Assembly: GCA_963664525.1 (NCBI GenBank) | Contig: OY761535.1 | Coordinates: 1,180,046-1,244,045 of the forward strand | Length of the DNA: 64,000 bases | Direction: 5' to 3' | Source of the DNA: Arenicellales bacterium | GTDB lineage: Bacteria > Pseudomonadota > Gammaproteobacteria > Arenicellales > JAJDZL01 | Shown here: positions 8,601 through 16,203 of the stretch, piece by piece | Numbering within the stretch: position 1 is the stretch's first letter | Layout of the letters: each line of letters opens with the position of its first letter | Translations under genes and position numbers: made by a program | Notes under the pieces: generated by a model | The model's database searches: none | What the model was told of the DNA's origin: nothing | Seen by the model: only the letters and a program-made list of their open reading frames with translations

Positions 8601-9470
8601 ATGACTCATTGCAACGGCTCAACGCCGTGTTCGCCATTGCGGCAAAGTACTATTGATTATATGACGTTATCAGGACTGGCGGCGCGCACCCAGCAATCCT
8701 ACCTGCACGAGTTGGACAAGTTTGCAGCTCGTGTCAGCACTCCACCCGCACAACTCAGTGCCAACCAAGTTGAGGCCTACGTGCTTGAGCGCATCAACTC
8801 AGGCCTTAAGCCGCGCTCAACCAATTTGACGATCGCGGCGCTACGAATGTTCTACCGCCATGTTGTGAGGTTACCGGATCGGGTGGCTCACTTACGTCTG
8901 CGCAAGGTGGCTGATAAGTTGCCCAAGACCATTGCGGAGTCCGAAGTCAAGCGTCTCATTCAGGCCACCTTCGATCTTCGCTACCGCAGCGCAATTGAGG
9001 TTGCTTACGGGACTGGACTGCGCATCTCTGAGGTCATTGCACTTCGCATCGACGACATTGATGCCGACAAGGGGTTCATTCATGTGCGCTGTGGCAAAGG
9101 CGGCCATGAGCGCATGGCGTATCTGCCGGCCACCGTGCTGTCGGCATTGAACGGCTACTACCGACAGATTTTTCCCAAGCCGCACGGGTGGCTGTTTTAC
9201 GGTAACTGTCCTGACCAGCAGATGAAAGCCGCCACGTTGCGCAGCGCTTTCAATCAGGCGCGCGCCAGAGCCGGAATCAGCAAGGATTTCCCCTTTCATG
9301 GGCTTCGCCACGCGGTCGCAACGCACCTGTTTGAACGCGGCACTGCGCGCGATGTGGTCCAGGACATCCTCGGCCACAAGTCAGTCGAAAGTACGCGCGT
9401 CTACGCCCGCACCACGGCGGCGATGTTTCGCGAGATCGATCACCCGGCCGACAACTGCGTCACACCCTGA
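8601..9470 (+). CDS. Tyrosine recombinase/integrase (accessory ORF of the IS91-family element)
   Basis: ATG at 8601 preceded by AAGGAG (8589-8594). Motifs: AIEVAYGTGLRISEV (Arg box), HGLRHAVATHL (H-x-L-R-H), LGHKSVESTRVYAR (catalytic Tyr). The ORF-track start at 8544 lies inside the hairpin and is unlikely. Confidence 0.85.
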   Translation: MTHCNGSTPCSPLRQSTIDYMTLSGLAARTQQSYLHELDKFAARVSTPPAQLSANQVEAYVLERINSGLKPRSTNLTIAALRMFYRHVVRLPDRVAHLRLRKVADKLPKTIAESEVKRLIQATFDLRYRSAIEVAYGTGLRISEVIALRIDDIDADKGFIHVRCGKGGHERMAYLPATVLSALNGYYRQIFPKPHGWLFYGNCPDQQMKAATLRSAFNQARARAGISKDFPFHGLRHAVATHLFERGTARDVVQDILGHKSVESTRVYARTTAAMFREIDHPADNCVTP

Positions 9471-9473
9471 CCG

Positions 9474-10697
9474 GTGCGTGATGATAACCCCGGTGTGGCC
9501 GATATTTTCCGCCACGCCGGTGATGCGTTTATGGCGCAATGCGGTGCCACCCTTGGCAGGGCTGCACACCGGGCCTTTGCAGCCATTCGAATGTGTCGCA
9601 CCGCCGCGCTCGGTGCGCGCCACTTTGAATGTGCCAAGTGTCACACCTCACATGTGCTTTACAACTCCTGTCGCAACCGCCACTGCTCGACCTGTCAGGG
9701 CCAGGCCGCCCACCGGTGGCTGCACCGCCAGCTGCTCAACGTGCTACCGGCACCGTATTTTCACATCGTCTTCACACTACCACCACCGATTGCCCAGATC
9801 GCCTATGCCAATCGCAAGGTCGTACTGGACATCCTCATGAGAACAGGCGCCCAAACCCTCACCACCATCGCCGCCGATCCAAATCGATTCGGAGCCCGCA
9901 TCGGCGCGACCACGGTCCTACACACATGGAACCAACAACTGCGCTGGCATCCGCATGTTCACGTCGTGGTCCCCAACGCCGGCTTCGATGTCAGGACCGG
10001 TCAATACAAAACCGGCTCCAAAACGTTCTTCGCACCCGTCAAAGTGTTGGCCAAGCTGTTTCGTCGACTGTTCCTCGAACACCTCGACAAAGCCTACCAC
10101 AAAAACCAACTCATCTTCCCCAGACGAATCAACCACCTTCGTGCACCCGAAGCGTTTCAAAGACGACTCAACAAAGCTCGCAACACCGATTGGAACGTGT
10201 ACGCCAAACCCCCGTTCGCCGGCCCCGTACACTTGCTCAAATACCTGTCTCGTTACACCCACCGGGTGGCCATCGCAAACTCGCGCATCGTAAAGTTCGA
10301 CGGCACCCGAGTTTCATTCCGATATCGCAAACCGACAATCGCCGGGCAAACCACACCTCGCTACGCAGTGATGACCTTGTCAGCAACCGAATTTATGAAA
10401 CGCTACCTGATGCATGTCCTGCCACCAAAGTTCCATCGCATCCGACACTTCGGCATCCTTGCCAACGCTCATGTTAAACACACACAGCAACAGATCTTTG
10501 CACAAACCGGTTTCAGTGCGGATGACTGGCTGCGCACGACCGAAACGTACGACACCGTCGAGCACAACGCCACTCCCCAATGCCCCAATTGCCAATCACC
10601 TATGTTGCTGGTTGCGCTCTCGAGTCCGGATCAGCGCCTAATCGGTATCACCGAGTGCTATCTCTCGCGCGCACCACCTTTATTGGTGGCTGCTTGA
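9474..10697 (+). CDS. IS91-family transposase (HUH, Y2 rolling-circle type), 407 aa
   Basis: N-terminal Zn-binding Cys cluster (CAKCH...CRNRHCSTC), HUH motif WHPHVHVVVP, Y2 motif YLSRYTHRVAIANSR. GTG start 4 nt after the integrase stop. Confidence 0.9.
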   Translation: MRDDNPGVADIFRHAGDAFMAQCGATLGRAAHRAFAAIRMCRTAALGARHFECAKCHTSHVLYNSCRNRHCSTCQGQAAHRWLHRQLLNVLPAPYFHIVFTLPPPIAQIAYANRKVVLDILMRTGAQTLTTIAADPNRFGARIGATTVLHTWNQQLRWHPHVHVVVPNAGFDVRTGQYKTGSKTFFAPVKVLAKLFRRLFLEHLDKAYHKNQLIFPRRINHLRAPEAFQRRLNKARNTDWNVYAKPPFAGPVHLLKYLSRYTHRVAIANSRIVKFDGTRVSFRYRKPTIAGQTTPRYAVMTLSATEFMKRYLMHVLPPKFHRIRHFGILANAHVKHTQQQIFAQTGFSADDWLRTTETYDTVEHNATPQCPNCQSPMLLVALSSPDQRLIGITECYLSRAPPLLVAA

Positions 10698-10971
10698 TGT
10701 TTAAGCGAACTGAACGCACTGGACAAGCTATGAATAGCCCATGGCATAGCTGTACGCGACTTGAACGCTTGGGTGCAGCCAAATTAACCGCCAACTGGCA
10801 GCCAAACTGTGCTTGGCAAGCCCAAAGCATCTTCCTGGCAGACAGTTTGTCGTTTTCACAACGAACCCGACACTGGTTCAGCACCAGCAAACCGTCATCC
10901 TGACGGCCTCAGAATCCGATTCCGGTATACTTTCCCCATAGGCCGAAACCGCTGTCGGCCTCGTTCAATCA

Positions 10972-11006
10972 GGTTAGTGATAACGCTTACGCGGTCATCA
11001 CTAACC
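10972..11006. repeat. Perfect 10-bp-stem hairpin directly outside the right IR of the IS91-like element
   Basis: GGTTAGTGAT (10972-10981) / ATCACTAACC (10997-11006) with a 15-nt loop AACGCTTACGCGGTC. No U-run on either strand. It may belong to the IS end or to the RT-RT intergenic RNA. Confidence 0.6.
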
Positions 11007-11131
11007 TTTAAATTAGATTCTTATAGAAACCATCATTTGAAAAAATTATTGGTACTTCGAAAGGAATTGTATCGGTTAAAACTGTTCGATATACATCAGA
11101 ACGACTTAATCTTACTTTTGTACGTTGCGCT

Positions 11132-12370
11132 TTACGCATACTTCCAACACTCTACTAGCTTCTTTAATTTCGTAGGTGAAAAATGAAAATGAATTCTATT
11201 TTCAAACCCCTTACGCGATGACAATCTTAATAAATGTTCTCTTTCCGTCTTCGAAAGTGAATGAGCGAGAAACGCACTTAGTTTTCCACTCTTACTTAAC
11301 AGAATATGTTTGATAAACAGATCAAGCTCCGACAAAGATGTTGAAGGCAAGTCGATTAATCCATAGCTGTGATAGTTTCCAGCAAACCCTATTCTTTGCT
11401 TTTGATGATCATAAAATTTGTAGTTACATGTAATTAATTTGAATCTGTCATGAAGGTCATCGAAATTTTGATCAGTTCGATATTTGAGCAATGCTCGAAC
11501 TATCCTAGTTTTAATCTTTTTTATTTTTGATTGAGAAATGTCAAGATTCACACATCGATAGTGAGGAACGCTAGATTTTTTGACAATTCGACTCACGGAA
11601 AATGAATATCCCAAGTAATCGAATTCGTGCTCTTTTTCGCAGTGTTTTTGTGTCGATTTTTGAAAAGAATATATCTTCGATTTGCTTTCATTTAATTTGA
11701 GTCCTGACGGTAACATTGATGAAACTTCTTTTTTGAGTGTCTGGGTTTCAAACTCTGGTGATAACAACAAAATAATGTCATCTACATATCGAGCATAAAA
11801 ATGCGTTTCTAACTTGCTTTGGATTTTCGTATCAAAATCGTTCAAAAATAATTCGCTGAGGAAAGCGCTAATTGCTAGACCACGTGGTAATCCCTTAATA
11901 TTGTGACCTTTACATTGTGTCATAAAAGTTGACAAAACTCGCCGTGTGCTTGGTAACGTCGATAACCTTCGGTTGACCAATTCCTGAATATGATCTTGAG
12001 TGATAGATTCATAAAAATTTCGAATATCAAATTTTGCAAGTGTAAACGGAATTCCCTCTTTGCAAAAAAGCCTAAGGCATCTGCAAATTTCAATTCTATT
12101 AGCTTGTTTGATACATGCGACCCTTGAAATATTCTCAACCGCTTTACGTAAAACAAGTTCCGAAGGAAAGTCAACTAACTGGTAAATTGATCGTCCAGCA
12201 AGATCATTATGTTGGACGTTCAGGCTGCTAAAACCGTCATTGGCCAGTTGACTAGCACAATTAACTAATTTTTCACGGTTCGATTTCAGGTCAAGATTTG
12301 AGTATTTTTTGAAGTCGCTACTGTGAATGTGGTAACTCAATGCTGTTGGCCCGAAAGTTGAGTCGTACAA
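11132..12370 (-). CDS. Reverse transcriptase, 412 aa, canonical YVDD (UG/Abi-type; best guess UG3 / Drt3a-like)
   Basis: RT motifs: AKFDIRNFYESI (A), GLPRGLAISAFLSELFL (B), ARYVDDIILL (C), GLKLNESKSKI (D), FDYLGYSF (E). TTG start at 12370 with a strong SD (AGGAGGAAACCTT-TTG). No retron VTG motif and no intron maturase/En domains. Very AT-rich. Confidence 0.9.
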   Translation of the reverse strand: MYDSTFGPTALSYHIHSSDFKKYSNLDLKSNREKLVNCASQLANDGFSSLNVQHNDLAGRSIYQLVDFPSELVLRKAVENISRVACIKQANRIEICRCLRLFCKEGIPFTLAKFDIRNFYESITQDHIQELVNRRLSTLPSTRRVLSTFMTQCKGHNIKGLPRGLAISAFLSELFLNDFDTKIQSKLETHFYARYVDDIILLLSPEFETQTLKKEVSSMLPSGLKLNESKSKIYSFQKSTQKHCEKEHEFDYLGYSFSVSRIVKKSSVPHYRCVNLDISQSKIKKIKTRIVRALLKYRTDQNFDDLHDRFKLITCNYKFYDHQKQRIGFAGNYHSYGLIDLPSTSLSELDLFIKHILLSKSGKLSAFLAHSLSKTEREHLLRLSSRKGFENRIHFHFSPTKLKKLVECWKYA

Positions 12371-12632
12371 AGGTTTCCTCCTAACTGATATGGCTTGTAA
12401 TTCTTATGCCGATTTTCGCCATTCGATTTCGAACTAATCTATCCTTTGAGATTGCGCCGACGCACAGACTGACCACCACTACATCATCATCCATCGGTGC
12501 CAATACATTCGATCTCAACGAATTAACGTTGAACTGATAACATATATTCTTGGAGAAGTTCTCCTGCGGTCACTGATAAAACATTAACGAAGCAACCTGT
12601 TTATGGAGCAAATCCAGCAAAGCCATCAACAA

Positions 12633-12881
12633 TCAATACTCTGGACCAAGCACAAAGACTTTGCCTTTCCATTTGACCTTGCCTTTCTTTTTGCACTCAA
12701 TACGAGCAGCTTGATGAGTGCTATCACCTTCCTTTATCACCCTCACAGCTAAGGCAGCGGCATAGAAGGATCGATGCATAACCCCGTCCACTTCGACCTG
12801 GTGCCGCCGCAGACGGGCCGGCTTCCCACTACCTTGATCTTGAATATTTGGTTTTGGCATAATTTGTTCCAACGGATGCAT
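12633..12881 (-). CDS. Hypothetical small basic protein (82 aa), upstream of and co-oriented with the 412-aa RT
   Basis: ORF only. Lys-rich C-terminus (KKKGKVKWKGKVFVLGPEY). No family recognised. Coding status uncertain. Confidence 0.25.
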   Translation of the reverse strand: MHPLEQIMPKPNIQDQGSGKPARLRRHQVEVDGVMHRSFYAAALAVRVIKEGDSTHQAARIECKKKGKVKWKGKVFVLGPEY

Positions 12882-13511
12882 TATGTTATTTCAGACAAGG
12901 TCTTACTTGCCGAAACCAACGTTAACAAGAGGAACGACTCAGTTCCCTGTAGGGTATAGAAAAGCACAAGATTCAGAAAATTAACCACAAATTTATCTTC
13001 GCTTCGAGATCCCTCTGATTCTTCAATCCGATTTTTGGAATTGAGTATCTGCCCATCCGCAATTCTTGATTGACTTTCATCGCTCTAATCTACAAGGTGG
13101 TCTTGTGATAATGCACAATCGTCGTGGTAGCGACAGTCCAATTCATGCAGCATGACTTGCGCATCTAATGAAGCAATTTTATCGGAGTCGGTGAGAAATT
13201 CCATCGGTTCCGCCATAATGACTGTAGTTCCGATTTTTACCCCGCCTAGACTGCTCAAGCCAAGCAAAGGTTATTATTTGAAAACAAGCGAAATATTTGT
13301 GTGATTCTGAATGTCTCTGCCACCTGAATTTTTTTTTCGTCGTCAGAAGCAAACCTCGTTTCATTTTCAGAATTTCATAAGTCTATAGGTTTCTGCTAAT
13401 TCATCTCCAGAATTTCCGAGTTCCCCAAGAAACTCCGGCGAACGGCTTTTTCACACACGGTCTACCCACTACAGTTAGCGAAGATCCAATTAAACATCAG
13501 CAACCGATACA

Positions 13512-14939
13512 CTATTGTGAAACCTTCCAGTGTTTGGATCGGCAAACAGCTTTCGCAAATTTTTCGATTCGATCGTCCCGAAAATCCAAGGGGTAATATT
13601 GCTGAATTTGTGTCCCATCTTTGTCAACAAGGATTTCTTCCGCCCCCGCCAAACGCGCTGTACCGATCGCAGTCAGTTCTGGAAAAGATCTAACAGTCAC
13701 GCACTGACCCAGTACATCAGCCAGGAATTGACAAAAATAAGGATTAGCGGAAACGCCGCCATCGATTGATATCTCTTCACTTTGCACAAAAAAAGAAGCC
13801 ATAGCCCGAATGACCTCGGTTGTACGCAAAGCGATCCCCTCAATCAGTGACTGCATCATGTCCTGCTGATCACAGTCCAAAGATAGACCAATCCACAAAC
13901 CCGCTGCTCGGCGGTCCCAGTGAGGGCAAGCAAGGCCTGTCAGTGCCGGTACGAACACCAAATCCCGATCAATTGCCGGTGTTTTGTCAAAGCGATTGAG
14001 CGATACATAGTTTTCGAACAGTTTCAGTCCATGCGCCCACTCGATAGCCGAACCGGCACAGTAGACTCCGCCGTCAAGTGCGTATACGGGATCGCTGCCT
14101 TCAAATTGCCATCCAACCGTTGGCAAAAGCCCTTGCTCAGGTGATCGAACAATCTCTTGGCTGGTCACCATCAGGGCGAATGCCCCGGTACCAAAGGTGA
14201 TCTTGGCATCCCCAGCTTGCCGACAGCCATGACCATAGAGCGACGCCTGCTGGTCGACTACACTCGCTGTGATCGGTACCATTTGGCCTTGGCTTTTAAC
14301 CTGACCAAGGTTTCCCGTGGTCGGAACGATTTTGGGCAATACATCCATGGGAACGCCAAATATCTCACAAAGCGTTTCGTCCCATTGGCCGGTCTCAAGA
14401 TTCATCAATGAAGTCCGAGAGGCTGTGGTGATGTCAGTTTTGAATTCGCCGGCCAGTCGATCCAGAAAGTACGCATCCGTAGTACCCAGTCTGAGCTTAC
14501 CCTGTTTTAACAATTTCCCAGCTTCAGGAATATGTTTGATGATCCAGGCGAGTTTACTGGCTGAAAAATAAGAGTCCAATGGCAAGCCCGCGCGATGCAT
14601 GACTTCGTCTTTAACGCCATCTTGTTCCAGACGCTCGATCACATCACCTGTACGATTGTCCTGCCAAACGATCACGGGTGACACAGGTTCTTTACTCACT
14701 GCATGCCAGGCAAGGCAGCTTTCTCCCTGATTATCAATTCCGACTGTCTTGATGTTATTTACTGAATCAAGCGCAGTTTTCAAATTTTGTACCAACTCCA
14801 GTGGGTCGTGTTCTACCCAACCGGGTTTGGGGTAGTATTGTCGATGGCGAATGGTTGCGGAAATGGACGCAGCACCATTGTCTTCAACAGCCAATGCGCG
14901 GGTGCTCGTTGTTCCCTGATCGATGGCCAGTAAAGTCAT
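13512..14939 (-). CDS. glpK: Glycerol kinase (FGGY carbohydrate kinase family)
   Basis: LAIDQGTTSTRA...YPKPGWVEHDP...VWQDNRT... closely parallels the GlpK N-terminus. Full length, 475 aa. Confidence 0.85.
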   Translation of the reverse strand: MTLLAIDQGTTSTRALAVEDNGAASISATIRHRQYYPKPGWVEHDPLELVQNLKTALDSVNNIKTVGIDNQGESCLAWHAVSKEPVSPVIVWQDNRTGDVIERLEQDGVKDEVMHRAGLPLDSYFSASKLAWIIKHIPEAGKLLKQGKLRLGTTDAYFLDRLAGEFKTDITTASRTSLMNLETGQWDETLCEIFGVPMDVLPKIVPTTGNLGQVKSQGQMVPITASVVDQQASLYGHGCRQAGDAKITFGTGAFALMVTSQEIVRSPEQGLLPTVGWQFEGSDPVYALDGGVYCAGSAIEWAHGLKLFENYVSLNRFDKTPAIDRDLVFVPALTGLACPHWDRRAAGLWIGLSLDCDQQDMMQSLIEGIALRTTEVIRAMASFFVQSEEISIDGGVSANPYFCQFLADVLGQCVTVRSFPELTAIGTARLAGAEEILVDKDGTQIQQYYPLDFRDDRIEKFAKAVCRSKHWKVSQ

Positions 14940-14943
14940 TGAT

Positions 14944-16203
14944 TCATGCTACGGGATCAAGAGTAAGTGTGATGACTTCAGGATTTGATGATAGAACGTG
15001 GTGTGCAATCGGAAGGAACACCTGCTCTTCAGGCAAGGCTCTCACCTGCATCTCAGTAAGACTGGATCCATCCGCCCATAATCGGAGCGTTCCCCTTGCT
15101 TCACTAGAAAATTTCACCGAAAGAGACACGACACCATCTCGCCCATTATCTTGCACCAGTCGTTGAGGTGTAACGTACCGGATAACGCCAGCAGTGGACT
15201 GTACTGAAGTAAACCTGTTCGATTCAGGCAAGTCTGCCCTTAGGGACTGCTCGATGGATTTCGCAGTTTTCACTCCCTCCTGCCAGCAGTATCCAGACGA
15301 CTCAGCAGGATGCAACATGTTGCCCGCTACAAAATAATCCGGATCAGAGCAGCGGCCGAATTGATCGACAACCGGAATACCAAACACAGGATTGACTTCC
15401 AAATGCCCCTGAAGTGCCAGGCTTGACTCAGAAACAAACTGTCCGGTGAACAAAACGCCATCGCAGTTGATGTAGTCGTTTTTACCTGTAGCATCTTGCA
15501 GTTGCACCGCGCTGACGCGTTCTTCACCTTCTATGCAAATCACCTCGGTGTTCATCAATGTACGGACACCTTGAAACTTTGCAAACCAGGCGGCAGCTCG
15601 CCAGGCTGTTGGCCGACTGCGTTTTTCCACCATGGCGATTGGCCGAATACCGGCATACCGACAACTCAACAATGCAGAAAATGATACCAGTTCGGTGCCC
15701 ACAATGACAGGATGCATAAATGGCAAACGCGATTTGAGATAAATCATGGATTGCAATGCGCCCGTTGTCATCACACCCATCGGCCTGGTACCGGATATCA
15801 TGCGTGCTGCCCTTGGCGTTTCGCGGACACCAGTGGCCAGAAGAATCCGCTTCGCCTTGAGCAAAATGATTCCTTCTCGGGTTGATATGCGCAAGAAAGG
15901 ACCCTTTTCAATACCAACGACAGTAAACTGTGTTCTAATGTCAACCCCCGCAGATTGGGCCATGTTTACAAGTCTCCTTGCGTATTGCGGTCCTTTCAAA
16001 ATGCGACGAAATTCCTTCCAGCCAAATGGAGGGTGTCCGCAATGCCTGGGAATGCCACCCGCTGTTGCTTCGCGTTCCAAAACCATGACGTGATCAACCC
16101 CGAGATGACGCAATTGCGTCGCAGCACCCAAACCCGCAGGTCCGCTACCCACAACAGCTACATCACAATTTAGATACGGTTCAGGCATACCGTCTTCGAT
16201 CAT
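14944..16203 (-). CDS. NAD(P)/FAD-dependent oxidoreductase (pyridine nucleotide-disulfide oxidoreductase-like)
   Basis: Rossmann motif VAVVGSGPAGLGAA. The ATG at 16203 forms an ATGA overlap with the upstream gene's stop (16200-16202), so the start was trimmed from the ORF-track 16212. Confidence 0.8.
   Translation of the reverse strand: MIEDGMPEPYLNCDVAVVGSGPAGLGAATQLRHLGVDHVMVLEREATAGGIPRHCGHPPFGWKEFRRILKGPQYARRLVNMAQSAGVDIRTQFTVVGIEKGPFLRISTREGIILLKAKRILLATGVRETPRAARMISGTRPMGVMTTGALQSMIYLKSRLPFMHPVIVGTELVSFSALLSCRYAGIRPIAMVEKRSRPTAWRAAAWFAKFQGVRTLMNTEVICIEGEERVSAVQLQDATGKNDYINCDGVLFTGQFVSESSLALQGHLEVNPVFGIPVVDQFGRCSDPDYFVAGNMLHPAESSGYCWQEGVKTAKSIEQSLRADLPESNRFTSVQSTAGVIRYVTPQRLVQDNGRDGVVSLSVKFSSEARGTLRLWADGSSLTEMQVRALPEEQVFLPIAHHVLSSNPEVITLTLDPVA

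Larger units (their letters stand above)
8437..10969 (+). mobile_element. IS91-family element (~2.5 kb) carrying a tyrosine recombinase and a HUH/Y2 rolling-circle transposase, inserted between the two RT genes
   Basis: A sharp AT-rich to GC-rich composition switch occurs at both sides. Terminal inverted repeats: ATTGAACGAAGCCGCTACGCGG (8437-8458) versus the reverse complement of 10948-10969, ATTGAACGAGGCCGACAGCGGT. There is no flanking direct duplication, as expected for IS91-type elements. Subterminal hairpins lie at 10891-10905 and 10941-10960. GAAC/GTTC tetranucleotides lie at the very ends. Confidence 0.75.

Noticed and set aside
9629-10477. 282-aa plus-strand ORF in an alternative frame inside the IS91 transposase gene (also 9298-9840, 180 aa)
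   Set aside because: The translations are Pro/Arg/Thr/Ser-rich and low-complexity, as is typical of off-frame ORFs in GC-rich coding DNA. The overlapping frame carries the HUH and Y2 motifs.
6579-12370. Retron, group II intron or AbiA-type interpretation of the RT genes
   Set aside because: There is no VTG motif and no flanking a1/a2-type msr/msd repeats around a single RT. There is no maturase (X) plus En domain or intron RNA domains V/VI. No HEPN R-x4-6-H motif was found in the large RT C-terminus. Two paired RTs fit a two-RT system better. This was checked by eye only.
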